64,000 nt of DNA from an uncultured Gemmatimonadales bacterium. Its GTDB lineage: Bacteria > Gemmatimonadota > Gemmatimonadetes > Longimicrobiales > Gaopeijiaceae. The notes below the pieces were generated by a model that was not told the DNA's origin, did not search any database, and saw only the letters and a program-made list of their open reading frames with translations. The translations under genes and the position numbers were made by a program. Below, in pieces: positions 36,968 to 49,400 of the stretch; the first letter of the stretch is position 1, and each line of letters starts with the position of its first letter. The stretch is taken from positions 416,001 through 480,000 of the forward strand of contig CAWELD010000003.1 in assembly GCA_963809895.1 (NCBI GenBank). The letters are read 5' to 3'.

Positions 36968-38117
36968 GGACCGGTGCCTCGCGGAGTCGGGCCACCACGC
37001 GCACGGTCACGTCGGCCGCCCGCTCGATGTCGTCGGGGGTCGTGTGCCGCGCGAACGAGTAGCGAATGGTGGCCGGGAGGGCGTCTTCACCGTAGAGCGC
37101 CTGCAGGACGTGGCTGGCGGCATTGGAGCCGCTGGAGCACGCCGAGCCGCCCGACACCGCCAGCCCCTCCATGTCCAGCGAGACCATGAGCATCTCGGGT
37201 GACACGTCAGGCACGCCCACACTGAGGATGTGGGGGGCACGCACGCCGCCGCCGCCGTTCACGTGCAGGTCCGGGATCGCCGCTCGGAGCCGCCCCTCCA
37301 ACGCCTCGCGCAGGGCCAGCATGCGCGCGGCCGTCTCCTCCTGCTCCGCGACGGCGAGGGTCACCGCTTCGGCCAGCCCCACGGCTCCCGGGACGTCCTG
37401 GGTTCCCGGGCGCAGCCCTGCCTCCTGGCCGCCTCCGTGAACGCGGGCGTGCAGCTCGGTGCCGTCGCGCACGAAGAGCGCCCCCGCGCTCTTGGGCCCG
37501 TAGATCTTGTGGCCCGTGAGGCTGAGGCAAGCCACCGCTGTCTCGTCCACCCGGACCCGCACCTTGCCCAGGGCCTGCACGGCATCGGTGTGGACCGGCA
37601 CCCCTCGGCGCTCGGCCAACGCCACGATGTCGGCCATGGGCTGGACGATCCCCACCTCGTTGTTGACCCACATGACCGAGACCAGGCACGGATCCCGGTC
37701 CAGGTGGGTCCGCAGAACGTCCAGGTCCGGCGCGCCGCGCGCGTCCACCGGAAGCGTGAGGACCTCGCCTCCGTCGGTCGTCACCGACGCCGCTGCCTCC
37801 AGCACCGCCTTGTGCTCCAGCGCGCTGATCACGACCCGGGGCACCTCGCCGCGGGCCCGAACCGCGTCCGCGCGCCCCAGAACCGCCAGGTTGTCGGACT
37901 CTGTTCCTCCTCGCACGAAGACGATTTCCCGCCGTCGCGCGCCCAGGGCGTCGGCGATCCGTGAGCGGGCATTCTCCAGGGCCGCCTGTGCCTCGCGCCC
38001 CCAGCGGTGCGTAGAGGAGGGATTTCCGAAGCGCTGGTCCAGATACGGCTCCATGGCCGCGCGCACTTCGGCGCGCATGGGCGTGGTGGCCGCGTAGTCG
38101 AGATAGAGAGGGTCCAT
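36960..38117 (-). CDS. iscS: Cysteine desulfurase (IscS/NifS-like)
   Basis: YLDYAATTP, GNPSS, GGTESDN, NNEVG, HTDAVQ, GHKIYGPK, SGGSACSS. Confidence 0.93.
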   Translation of the reverse strand: MDPLYLDYAATTPMRAEVRAAMEPYLDQRFGNPSSTHRWGREAQAALENARSRIADALGARRREIVFVRGGTESDNLAVLGRADAVRARGEVPRVVISALEHKAVLEAAASVTTDGGEVLTLPVDARGAPDLDVLRTHLDRDPCLVSVMWVNNEVGIVQPMADIVALAERRGVPVHTDAVQALGKVRVRVDETAVACLSLTGHKIYGPKSAGALFVRDGTELHARVHGGGQEAGLRPGTQDVPGAVGLAEAVTLAVAEQEETAARMLALREALEGRLRAAIPDLHVNGGGGVRAPHILSVGVPDVSPEMLMVSLDMEGLAVSGGSACSSGSNAASHVLQALYGEDALPATIRYSFARHTTPDDIERAADVTVRVVARLREAPVHA

Positions 38118-38235
38118 GGATCGGTTTCGTTCGTCTCGGGGGGTGTCTAAGTTACACGCGACGCTCCACCCCGTGCACCCGCCGAGTGAGCGATGACGCG
38201 TGCTCCGGCGCCCGGCTGCGGTTCCTGGAGGCCTC

Positions 38236-38586
38236 ATGTCCCGGCAGTCTCCGCCGTTCCCAAGCGGCCGCCCCAGAACCTTCCGAGCCACCGTGCACGG
38301 CACCGTGTTCGCGGGTCGGGATCGGCACCTGGCCGGGCTCCACGCCGGCGATCCCCTCGTCCTGGTTCCGGACCCTCCCGGCGGGGAGGAGCCGGAGGTG
38401 TGGGTCCACCTGCTCTCCGGCGATCCCGTGGGCCACCTGCCGCCGGAGATCGCCAGTTGGCTGTGGCCCTGGATCGTCGGCGGCGGCCGGGTGGAGGCCC
38501 ACGCGCTTCAGGTGCACGGCGACGAGACCCCTTCGTGGCGCCGGCTGCTGGTCCAGGTGAAGTGTGACCGGGACGCCGAGGGCTAG
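38236..38586 (+). CDS. Stand-alone HIRAN-like domain protein
   Basis: VHGTVF...L..GDPLVLVPDP...VWVH...VGHLP..IA..L pattern. Confidence 0.65.
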   Translation: MSRQSPPFPSGRPRTFRATVHGTVFAGRDRHLAGLHAGDPLVLVPDPPGGEEPEVWVHLLSGDPVGHLPPEIASWLWPWIVGGGRVEAHALQVHGDETPSWRRLLVQVKCDRDAEG

Positions 38587-39308
38587 AACGACGCCACCGG
38601 AAGCGTGCCCAGCGTCTCCCAGGCCAGCGTTTCACGGGTGCGGAAGGGTTCTCCGAAGGCAGCCCGGATCAGCGAGCCGTACGTGGCGCACAGCGCGGTG
38701 ATCTGGTCCGGAAGCAGGCGTTCGCCGCCGGGGAACACCTCGCCGGCCTGCGTCAGTCCCTGGAACTGGGACTCGTAGGCCGCCAGCGCCTCCAGCTTGC
38801 GGGACATCTGAGCGCTGATGTCGACCACGAAGGTCGGCTGCCCGGCGTCTTCCCGGAACGCGGTGGCGTGCACGAGCTTGCTGGGCCGGTGCCGCGTGCC
38901 GGCGGCGTCGAAGTTGGTGAGGCCGGCCAGGAAGCAGGCGTCGTGAGCGAGTTGCGCGGCCACCCTGTGGTCGGGATGCCGGCCCTCGCGCCAGTGGGTG
39001 ATCACCACCCGCGGTCGCAGCTCCCGGATGAGCTCCGCCAGCACGCGCCGCGCTTCCAGTGTGTTCTGCAGGTGACCGTCCGGTAGCCCGGCGTTCCGTC
39101 GCTCCGCCAGGCCCAGGATCTCCGCCGCACGTTCCGCTTCACGGGCGCGGATCGCGGGTGTGCCCCGCGTGCCCAGCTCCCCCCGGGTGAGATCCACCAC
39201 GCCCACGCGCTCGCCCGCGTCGGCGGACTTGGCCAACGCTCCCCCACACAGGAGCTCGGCGTCGTCGGGATGCGCGAAGACCCCGAGCACGTCGAGGGGC
39301 TCAGGCAT
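38583..39308 (-). CDS. bshB1: Bacillithiol biosynthesis deacetylase BshB1 (PIG-L family)
   Basis: AHPDDAEL.CGG, DLTRGELGTRGT, RHPDH, VVDIS...K..A..AY.SQF. Confidence 0.88.
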   Translation of the reverse strand: MPEPLDVLGVFAHPDDAELLCGGALAKSADAGERVGVVDLTRGELGTRGTPAIRAREAERAAEILGLAERRNAGLPDGHLQNTLEARRVLAELIRELRPRVVITHWREGRHPDHRVAAQLAHDACFLAGLTNFDAAGTRHRPSKLVHATAFREDAGQPTFVVDISAQMSRKLEALAAYESQFQGLTQAGEVFPGGERLLPDQITALCATYGSLIRAAFGEPFRTRETLAWETLGTLPVASF

Positions 39309-39366
39309 GGGGCACTCCTGAATGGGATGGAGGGGAAGGGCGAGCGCACCTGACGTTCGCCAGGGG

Positions 39367-40671
39367 TCACTCGGCCCGCAATGCCTCCACCGGCTCGAGA
39401 CGGGCGGCCCGGTAGGCCGGCAGGATGCCGAAAACCACCCCGGTGAGACCCGCCGTGCCCAGGGCCGCGATCACCGACCAGATGGGGATCTTGGCCGGCA
39501 CCGGGGTGAAGTGGGCCACCACCCACGCCAGCGCGCCCCCCAGGATCATGCCGGCGGCACCTCCCAGCATGGTGAGTACCCCCGCCTCCACCAGGAACTG
39601 CCAGAGGATCTCCCGCCGGGTGGCGCCTACCGCCTTGCGGATGCCGATCTCGCGAGTCCGCTCGGTGACCGAGATGAGCATGATACCGATGACGCCCACG
39701 CCACCCACCATGAGCCCCGCCGACGACAGCGCCAGCATGACCAGGAAGAAGACGCCGGTGAGCTGGTTGAAGCTCTCGATGAGCTGGGCCGACGCCACCA
39801 GCGCGAAGTTGTTCTCGTCGCGGGGCCCGAGACCGCGCATGGAGCGGAGGGCGCCGATCACCTGATCCTGGGCCTGCGACATGCCGACCCCCTCTCTGGG
39901 CACCACCTGGATCTGCGCCTGCTCGCGCGACGCCTTCAGGCGCTTGAAGCCGGTGGAGTAGGGAAGAAAGATCAGGTGGTCCACGATGTTGGTGAAGATG
40001 TTCTCGTCCGGCTCGAAGACGCCGATGACCCGGAAGTCGTCGCGCACTCCCCGGAAGGGGCTGGACAGGCGCACGGTCTTGCCGATGGGATCTCGCTGGC
40101 CGAAGAGGTCCTCGGCCAGCGCCTTCGTGATCACGATCACCGAACGAGATTCCCGCACCTCGGCGGGAGTGAAATCCCTGCCCGCCACGAAATCGCCCTG
40201 GGCGTAGCGCGGCCACCCCGCCGACAACCCCTGCGTGGTGACGCCGTCCAACGACTGCCCCTCGAAGTCCACGTTGGTGGACAGGTTGTAGCTGTAGAGC
40301 GCCTCCTCGATGGCCGGCAGACGGGCGACCCGCTCGGCTTCTTCGGGCGTGATCTCCGGCTTGTTCCACCACGGAGGGCGCGAGTCTCCCACCGAGATCC
40401 GCACCGCGGTGAAGTCGAAGCGCATCACGGAGAAGTTGCTCGGCCCCGCGGACTGGAAGGCGTCGAGCACGCTGGACCGGACCCCGGTGATCAGCGCCGC
40501 CATGGTCACCACGACCGACACGCCGATGCCGACGCCGAGAATGGTGAGGCTCGCCCGGATCTTGTTGGCCCGGATGGCGTCGAGGGCGATGCGCACACCC
40601 TCGAAGAGCGTGGCGAGACTCGCGGCCTGCGAGGACGCCCGGGGTCCCGGGGTGGGGGTCGTGGAGCTCAT
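39367..40671 (-). CDS. MacB/FtsX-family ABC permease (no ATPase domain)
   Basis: NKIRASLTILGVGIGV...VGGVGVIGIMLISVTERTREIGIRKAVGA...PVEALRAE. Confidence 0.93.
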   Translation of the reverse strand: MSSTTPTPGPRASSQAASLATLFEGVRIALDAIRANKIRASLTILGVGIGVSVVVTMAALITGVRSSVLDAFQSAGPSNFSVMRFDFTAVRISVGDSRPPWWNKPEITPEEAERVARLPAIEEALYSYNLSTNVDFEGQSLDGVTTQGLSAGWPRYAQGDFVAGRDFTPAEVRESRSVIVITKALAEDLFGQRDPIGKTVRLSSPFRGVRDDFRVIGVFEPDENIFTNIVDHLIFLPYSTGFKRLKASREQAQIQVVPREGVGMSQAQDQVIGALRSMRGLGPRDENNFALVASAQLIESFNQLTGVFFLVMLALSSAGLMVGGVGVIGIMLISVTERTREIGIRKAVGATRREILWQFLVEAGVLTMLGGAAGMILGGALAWVVAHFTPVPAKIPIWSVIAALGTAGLTGVVFGILPAYRAARLEPVEALRAE

Positions 40672-40675
40672 GATC

Positions 40676-41918
<1,243 letters not shown>

Positions 41919-41929
41919 GGGCCCGCTCC

Positions 41930-43204
41930 TCAGCCCTCGGGCGTGGCGGTGGTCTCGCTGGTGCGGGCGCTCTCCCGCTGGACGGGGTCGCCGTCCCGGA
42001 GCTGACGGATGGTCTGATACGGTCCGGACACGACCGTGTCGCCGACCTCGACCCCCGACAGGATCTGGAAGTACTCGCGGCCGGCGATCCCCACCTTCAC
42101 CGGGACGAACGTCACGGTCCCGTTCTGCACGCGGAAGACGCCCTCCACCTCGGTGCTCGGCTCACCCTCTTCAGTCGTGGGCGTGTCCAGCGTGTCGGCC
42201 GCGGTGGAGTCTTCCCGCACCGTAAGGGCGATGATGGGCACGGCCAGGGCATCGGAGGCCACGTCGGTGACGATCTCGGCCGTCGCGGACAGATCGGGAC
42301 GCAGCACGGCATCGGTGGGGTCCAGGGTGAGGACGACCTCGAAGTCGATGGCGGCCTGCTGCCCGCTGGCCTGCTGCTCCGACGGCGGGCGGATCGCCGA
42401 GTTGCCAATCTCCGTGATACGGCCGCTGAAGACCCGGTCCGGGAACGCGTCGATGTCGACGCTGGCCGAGTCGCCCAGGCTCAGTTGGGGCACGTCCGTC
42501 TCGTCCACCTGCACCACGACCTCCACCACCGACAGGTCGCTGATGGTGAGTACGAGGCTGCCGGCGTTGTTCATGGTCCCCACGATGACCGTCTCGCCCT
42601 CGTCCACGTTGAGGCGCGTGACCTTTCCGGCCATGGGCGCCGTGATGATGGTCTTGGACAGCCGGTCCTGGGCCTCCGCCAGCGAGGCTTCGGCCTGCTC
42701 GACGCCGAAGCGGGCGGCCTGGGCATTGGCCTGGGCGACTTCGAGGTCCGTCTGCGCGTCGTCGACCTGCTGACGGCTGACCAGCAGGGAGTCACGGGCC
42801 CACAGCGCGCGGATGCGGTCGTACTCCCGCTGCGACCGGGCCAGGTTGGCGCCCTGCTGCGTCGCCTGTGCCCTGGCCTGCGACAGCGCGGCCTCGGCGC
42901 GGGAGCGCGCGGCGTCGAGCTGGGTGCGATCCAGCCTCAGCAGAATCTGGCCCTCCTTCACGTCGTCTCCCTCGTCCACCTCCAGCGAGGCCACCCGGGC
43001 CGACACGTCGGAGCTGATGTCCACGGAGCGGCGCGCGCGGATGTTGCCGCTGGCCGTGACCGTCGCCACGAGGTTGCGACGACCCACGGTCTCCATACGC
43101 ACCTCCGGACCCCGCCCGCCGTTCCGGGAGAGGCTCAGCGCGAAGGCGGTTCCGAGCACCGCCACCACACCGATCCCAACCAGGGCCTTCATTCGTCCGG
43201 TCAT
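41930..43204 (-). CDS. Efflux periplasmic adaptor subunit (MacA-like)
   Basis: VTASGNI, VDEGDDVKEGQILL.L, I.APMAG, VDETDV, DAFPD, LRPDLSA. Confidence 0.93.
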   Translation of the reverse strand: MTGRMKALVGIGVVAVLGTAFALSLSRNGGRGPEVRMETVGRRNLVATVTASGNIRARRSVDISSDVSARVASLEVDEGDDVKEGQILLRLDRTQLDAARSRAEAALSQARAQATQQGANLARSQREYDRIRALWARDSLLVSRQQVDDAQTDLEVAQANAQAARFGVEQAEASLAEAQDRLSKTIITAPMAGKVTRLNVDEGETVIVGTMNNAGSLVLTISDLSVVEVVVQVDETDVPQLSLGDSASVDIDAFPDRVFSGRITEIGNSAIRPPSEQQASGQQAAIDFEVVLTLDPTDAVLRPDLSATAEIVTDVASDALAVPIIALTVREDSTAADTLDTPTTEEGEPSTEVEGVFRVQNGTVTFVPVKVGIAGREYFQILSGVEVGDTVVSGPYQTIRQLRDGDPVQRESARTSETTATPEG

Positions 43205-43244
43205 GTCTCTACGCGTCTCGTCGTTTCGAGTGTGTGGGGTCGGG

Positions 43245-44762
43245 TCAGGGCGTGCGGAGGGAACGGCCCACGACGGCTTCCAGCGCCGTCAGGGCGTCGT
43301 GATAGCCGTACACGGCGTTCAGGAGGTCCCGATCCGCCTGGACCTTCACCGTTTCCGCCTCCACCAGGTCGAGGAAAGGGATGAATCCCAGGCGGTAGCG
43401 CTCGCGGGCGAGACGCAGTTGCTCGTCGGCCAGGTCCTGGTTGCGTCGCTCCAGCTCCGCGCTCCGGTAGGCGGTACTCACCTGGGCGAGCTGGATGGAG
43501 ACGTCGGCCTCCAGGGCGAGCTCCTCCTCTCGCACCTGATACTCCGCGTCCTCCTTCTGGGCCTGGGCCGCTTCGAGGTCGCGCTGCCGCCCGAGACCCT
43601 GGAAGACGGGGATGCTGAGCGACAGCGACATCGACGGCGGGTTCCGCTCGAAGTTGAACGGGAAGACGTTGTTGTTGGAGATGATGGACGCCCGGTCCTC
43701 GTCGGTGAAGGCGTAGCGCGTGCAGTCCTGGGCCGGGAGGGGATCGGCCAGACGGCTGTAGAGCTCGTTGGTGAACTGGCACTGCTGGATCGCCGACGAG
43801 ACCTGCGCCTGCGCCTGGGCGATGAGATAGCCGGTGTTGCTCGCCTTGCGTGTGAAGCCGCTCCATCCGGCGCTCATGGAGAGCGACGGCAGGTAGGCGG
43901 TCTTGGCCATGCGCACCCCGACACCGGCGGCGTCACGGCTCCGTCGGCGGCTCTCCAGCGTGGGATTGTCGGCCATGGCCATGTCCAGGAGCTGGTCCTC
44001 GGACCAGGTGGGCTCCTGGACCTGGAACTCCGTGGTCAGGGTGACGTCCCGGTGGAGGTCCACGCCCAACTGCTGCAGGAGTCGGAGACGCGCCGTCTGG
44101 GCGCCGTTCTGGGCCTGTAGCAGCGACACCTCCGCCCGTCCCACCTGCACCTCGGCCTGGCGGACGTCCAGCGGGGTGGCGGTGCCGACCTCGGCCTGCC
44201 CCTGGGCCAGTCGCAGGTTGAAACGGGCGCGCTCGAGCTCCTGCTGCGCCAGGTCGACCCCGTCCCGTTGACGGAGCGCCTCGAGATAGGCCTGGGTGAC
44301 CTGGGTCTGGAGATTGATCCGGGCGATGGAGATCTGGGCGTCGGTGGCTGCCAGCGACGCCTTGGCCTGCGAGGGGGCCAGGAGCGTGCGGCCACTGAGC
44401 TGGTAGTTGAGCCCCACGTTGTAGGAGCTGAAGTAGTACGATGGCTGCCCGCCGAAACCCAACTCGTCCAGGGTGATGCTCCCCAGGCGCTGCTGGCCTG
44501 CGCCCTGCCACGACACGCCTCCACCCAGCGAGGCGCTGGGAGCCAGCGCGCCATAGGCGGATCGCAGGTCCCATTCCGCGACGCTACGATCGTTGCGGGT
44601 CGCCTGAAAGCCCGGGTTGTTGGCCCGGGCGAGCTCCAGCGCGCGATCGAGGGAGAGGTCCTCGGACCCGGTCTGGGCGGTGGCAGGGGCGGGGGTGGTG
44701 AGGAAGACGAGAGCGAGGAGCGAGAGTACGCTGGTAGCGCGCACGCGTCGCGAGGTATCCAC
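43245..44762 (-). CDS. TolC-family outer membrane efflux protein
   Basis: Signal peptide, LSLDRALELARANNP, two OEP repeats, ERYRLG...LDL; GTG start with GGAGA RBS. Confidence 0.9.
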   Translation of the reverse strand: MDTSRRVRATSVLSLLALVFLTTPAPATAQTGSEDLSLDRALELARANNPGFQATRNDRSVAEWDLRSAYGALAPSASLGGGVSWQGAGQQRLGSITLDELGFGGQPSYYFSSYNVGLNYQLSGRTLLAPSQAKASLAATDAQISIARINLQTQVTQAYLEALRQRDGVDLAQQELERARFNLRLAQGQAEVGTATPLDVRQAEVQVGRAEVSLLQAQNGAQTARLRLLQQLGVDLHRDVTLTTEFQVQEPTWSEDQLLDMAMADNPTLESRRRSRDAAGVGVRMAKTAYLPSLSMSAGWSGFTRKASNTGYLIAQAQAQVSSAIQQCQFTNELYSRLADPLPAQDCTRYAFTDEDRASIISNNNVFPFNFERNPPSMSLSLSIPVFQGLGRQRDLEAAQAQKEDAEYQVREEELALEADVSIQLAQVSTAYRSAELERRNQDLADEQLRLARERYRLGFIPFLDLVEAETVKVQADRDLLNAVYGYHDALTALEAVVGRSLRTP

Positions 44763-44952
44763 GATGGATTCTCCGGCGGCGAGAGTCGGGGCTTCTGGAG
44801 TTGTGGGGCGGGCCCGGAGGGGAGGGGTTCGGCCTCCCGCCCGTACGGGCCCGGCCCTGGCGCGGTTTCGCGCTCCGGGCGTCCTGGGTCCGTCCAACGG
44901 TACGCGCGGGCGCTCGGGATTCTTCAGCGCGCCGAATCGGAGGCGCGAGCCA

Positions 44953-45660
44953 TCAGTTCGGCGTGCGCTCGGCGCGGTAGCCGCGGGAAGGGATTTCCAC
45001 ACGCAGGACCCGGCCCTGATCGTCGAGCCAGACCTCGTGGAGTCGGTCGCCTCCTTCGAGCCTGACGTGGCGCACCTGGAGCTGTTCCCGACCCAGCCTG
45101 AACGGCTCGACCTCCGCCGAGGCGACCTTCAAGCGGTACTGGGCGCCCGACAACGGCTCGATGACCATGAGGTCGGCGCCGGGCTTCTCGGCGAGCTTGG
45201 AGACGAAGTAGTAGAGGAAGGCCACGTCCCGTTCCAGGATGACGGTGCCCGGGCCTGCCCGGAACTCCTTCTGGGACTCGCCCTCCTGCGACGTCGTGCG
45301 GCTCACGAAGCGGTTCCCCTGCAGGAAGCCGGCGACCTTGGCCGTGCTGGCGCCGGTCATGTCGTTGTTGTAGGCCGACGGCGCCAGTGCCGGCGTGGCC
45401 TGCAGCACCGGTCGCATCTGCGTGGTCTCGCCGTCGCGGCGGATCTCGATCTCGGCGGTGGCCAGGATGCGGGCGTCGTCGCCCACGCCCTGACGTTGGA
45501 TGGTGAACCGCTCGGTTCCGGCATCGCTGCCGTCCAGGAAGAGCGTGAAGCTCCCCTCGTCGAGTACCGCGGCCTGCGATGCGGCTTGCGCGGGGGCGAG
45601 GGCGGCGAGGACGAGCGAGAAGAAGAGCCCCGGAACGGGCGAGAGGCCGGTTCGACGCAT
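44953..45660 (-). CDS. Secreted hypothetical protein (beta-rich)
   Basis: AGGAGA RBS, signal peptide, G.E.F.I and VWLDDQGRVLRVEIP motifs. Confidence 0.75.
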   Translation of the reverse strand: MRRTGLSPVPGLFFSLVLAALAPAQAASQAAVLDEGSFTLFLDGSDAGTERFTIQRQGVGDDARILATAEIEIRRDGETTQMRPVLQATPALAPSAYNNDMTGASTAKVAGFLQGNRFVSRTTSQEGESQKEFRAGPGTVILERDVAFLYYFVSKLAEKPGADLMVIEPLSGAQYRLKVASAEVEPFRLGREQLQVRHVRLEGGDRLHEVWLDDQGRVLRVEIPSRGYRAERTPN

Positions 45661-45744
45661 GATTCTCCTTCCGATGGGTGGGAGCGTGCGGGAACCCGGA
45701 ATGTGTGGCTTTGCTACACCTCGTGGAAAGGGCGAGGTCCGCCG

Positions 45745-46467
45745 TCAGCGCCGCAGCGCCGACTCCAGGGTCTCCACCCAGCGGCGAAACACGGACTCGC
45801 CCGTGAGGGCGGAAGCCGCCGACGGGAAGCCGATCACGCCACGGGACCCCGGCGGGGGTGTGGGGCTGCGGCCCTGCGTGTACCTTCGAAGCGCCCCGGC
45901 GTCTGGTGGCGCGTCTTCCAGGGTATCGGTGATCACGCGCTCGGGCGCGAGATGGAGAAGGACAGACGTCTCCAACTCGCCGGCGTGCTCCGGGCCCGGC
46001 GCACCCGAGAGGAGGTCGCTCACATCGATGCCATACAGGTCGAAGACCGTGGTCCGGGACTCGGAGGTGAGTGCCATGAGCAGCGCATCCATGTGGGCTT
46101 CGGAGCGGTGCGCCGAGATGATGACGAACTCGGAGAATCCGTGATCCTCCCAGGCCGCCAGGAGTTCGTTCACCGCACGGTGCAGCGTCTTGCGCCTCAA
46201 TCCCGCGGTGCCGGGGAACGCCTCGGATCCCGGCAGGTTCACCCCATAGGGGAAGGCCGGCGCCCGCAGGATCCCCAGGCGCTCGGAGAGACTGGCCGCC
46301 ACGCAGCGGGCGATGAAGGTGTTGGACCCCATGGGCAGGTGCGGGCCGTGCTGTTCCAGCGCGCCCACTGGCAGCAGAAGCCGGGAGTCCCGGGCGAGCT
46401 GTCGTGCCACCTCGGGCCACGGCAACCGGTCCAGGCTTCGGCCGTCGTCGAGATCGTAGTCCGTCAT
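45745..46467 (-). CDS. Creatininase-family amidohydrolase
   Basis: LPVGALEQHGPHLP.G, FPGT, HAGELETS, GVIG.P..ASA..GE. Confidence 0.85.
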   Translation of the reverse strand: MTDYDLDDGRSLDRLPWPEVARQLARDSRLLLPVGALEQHGPHLPMGSNTFIARCVAASLSERLGILRAPAFPYGVNLPGSEAFPGTAGLRRKTLHRAVNELLAAWEDHGFSEFVIISAHRSEAHMDALLMALTSESRTTVFDLYGIDVSDLLSGAPGPEHAGELETSVLLHLAPERVITDTLEDAPPDAGALRRYTQGRSPTPPPGSRGVIGFPSAASALTGESVFRRWVETLESALRR

Positions 46468-46490
46468 CGTTCGTACTCCGGGGGGCGCTC

Positions 46491-49400
46491 GTGAGCCGGG
46501 CGCGCGTGCTGTCCGCCCTGCCGTGGGCGTCGCTTCTGGCGGTGGCCGCCTGGGCCCGTTGGCCGCACCCGGGCTGGCTCGTGGCCGCAGCGGGCTGCGC
46601 CGTCGCCGCGCTGCTGCTCGGCGCGGCGCGCGGGCGCCGCACCGCCGCCGGGCTGATCCTCGTGCTGGCCGCCGTGGCCGTCGGCTTCTGGGCCGAGGGC
46701 CGGGACTCGGCACTGGCGAGGGACTTCCAGGGCTATTGGGCGGATCGCGAGACCCAGGTGTTCGAGACGCTGGGCCAGGAGCTCTCGCAGGTTCTCGACC
46801 GCGCGACCCTCGCCGCCACCACACTGGCGGAGAGCGCCGCCGGCGGCAACACCCCGGACCGCTCGGAGGTGGTGGGCATTCGCCGCTCGTCGGGGATGGC
46901 CGCCGTCGCGGTCTACGACGGGATGGGGCGTCTGCGAACCTGGGACGGTGTGCACCGCGGGCCCGTACCCGAAGAAGTCCAGATGGGACAGGTTCGGTAC
47001 CGGTACGGCGAGCGTCCGCTGGTGAGCTACTTCTACGTCACCGTCCCGGTGGACGGTGGCGGCACCGCGGTGGCGGCCCTCCTGCTGCGGGCCGACCTGC
47101 CCACCGGGAGCCGCGGCAGTCGGGATTTCGTTTCGGGGATCCGGGAACACACCGGCGAGTCCATTCGCATCACCTCGGCGGACCGGGCCCAGAGCGACGA
47201 CGTCTTCGACTACCAGTGGGAAGGCGAGGTCCTGTTCTCGGTGTCGCTGGATCGCCCCGGCGAGGCGGCTCGCCGGGCGGACTACCTGGCACAGGCGCGC
47301 TCGTGGGTGGTCCTTCTCCTGGCGATGGGGTGGCTGTTGACCGGACTGGGAGCCGCCGGCGGCCCGCATCGGGGCTGGGGGGCCGCGTCGGTGGGTCTGG
47401 GATTGGCCCTGCTGGTGCCGGTGACTGCGCTGCCGGGCCTCGACAGGGTCGGATCTCCGGCCGACGTCCTGCTCCCGGGTGGCCTCACCCTGGCCCGTCT
47501 GGTGCTGATCGTAGGGGCCGGCGTAGTGGCGGCGGGGGCGCTGCGGGCGTCCAACCTGTGGAACGCTCGGGCGCCGGGGGCGGTGATTGCGGTGGCCGCG
47601 GGATTCCCGCTTCTGGTCCGGATCGGGTCGGGCGGTGCCTCCAGCGGCTTCCTGGCCGGGGCAGAAGCGCCCTGGCTCGTGTTCACCATCACGCTGGCCG
47701 GCGCCCTGGGCCTGGTGGCCTGGGCGGCGCTGGCGGCGGGACGGCGTGAAGGCCGGCGCCGCGTGCGCGTGACCCTCGGTGTGGCGACGACGGTGCTCCT
47801 GTCGTTGGGCGCCGCGTGGTGGGCGGTGCGGCGGCCCGGCCTACCCGCGTGGGCCTTGTCGGCGTGGGCGCTCCCGCTGTGGCTCCTCCTGCCGGCCGGT
47901 CCCAGGAAGGGCGGGCGGGGGGCGTTTCTGGCGTGGATGCTCGCGCTGCTCCTCGGCACCTCCGCGACCTTGCCGTGGGCCTGGGGATCGCGCATTCGAG
48001 CGCGCATGGCGGTGGCGGAGGTCCAGTTGGACCGTCTGGGCACTTCTGTGGACCCGTACCTCCAGTTCCTGTTGGAGCGTACCGCGGCCGCGGTGGACTC
48101 CCTGGACGCCCAGGGCACCGTCGCGGTGGAGCTCCTCTACGAGGCGTGGCGCCAGGGAGGGCTCGCCGACGCGGGATATCCCGTGTGGCTGACCCTGTGG
48201 TCGCCGGCGGACTTTCCGTCTCCCGAGCTGCGCATCGGGTTCGGCTCGCTTCCGCGGCCCGCCGTGGCCGCCAGCGCGCTGGATTCGGCCCGGGCGTCGG
48301 GCCAGGCGCAGGTGCAGCGCTTCGAACTGGCCGATGCCCACTACCTGCTGACCGTTCCTCTCCCCGGCGGGCGTGTCGTTACGGGCGTGGTACCGCCGCT
48401 GCGAGGTGCGGGGGGCGGGGCGTCGTTGCTGGGACCGCTCTTCGGAAGCCTGTCGCCGGCGGCCGCCGAGCCCATCACGCTGATCCCTGCGCTGGCGAGC
48501 GATTCGGTGCGGCAGCGCGACTCCTTGCGCTGGGTGCACCTGGACGGCGGATGGCAGGGGGAGCTGGCGCTGACCTATCCGGGCACCTTGTACCACGCCC
48601 ACTACCGGGTCGCTCTCCCGGGGGCCATGGTCACCGTCGCCCGCGCCACGTTGATCCTGGCGTTGGCGGCGCTGCTCTTTGCCGTCCTCTGGGGCGTGGG
48701 TCGGACCCTCGGCGACCGTGAGGGCCGCTGGGGGGTCGACGCGCGCAAAGCGCTGTCGTCGTTCCGGGCGCGGGTGACGCTGGCGCTGTTCGGCTTCTTC
48801 GCCCTCTCGAACCTGATCTTCGGAAGCCTGGCCTACCGCACCCTCGCCGGGGCGTCACAGCGCGCGGCCAGGGTCCTGTCGGAACGGGCCGTGGACGACG
48901 CCTCGGGGACCTATTTCGAGGTGCAGGGAGAGGTCCACCTCCTGTCACGCCTGGTGGGTTCGGACCTGCTGGAATACCGGCGTGGTGAACTTCTCGAGGG
49001 TTCGGTGGAGGAGTTGGTGGAGCTGGGCCTGTACGAGGGCTGGGTGCCCTACGACGTCTACCAGGGTCTGAGCTCTCGAGAGACGCTGCGAGAGGTGTCC
49101 ACCACCGATCTGGGGACCTGGGAGTACGTCACCGCCTACCGCCGCTTGCCGGATCCCGACGGCGACATCCTGGCCGCGCCCGTGCCGCTCATCGCCGGCG
49201 CCACGGCGGTGCGCAGTCGCGAGGTGGCGCACCTGCTGGGCCTGGCGGTGCTGCTCGGCGGTGCCCTGTCGCTGGGGCTGGCGCTCCTGGTGGGGCGCGC
49301 GCTCACGCGGCCCATCCAGACCCTGCGGGTGGCGTCCGAGCGCGTCGGCAGTGGAAACCTGCGGGTGCGTCTCCCCGCGGGCCGGGCCGACGAGTTCGGG

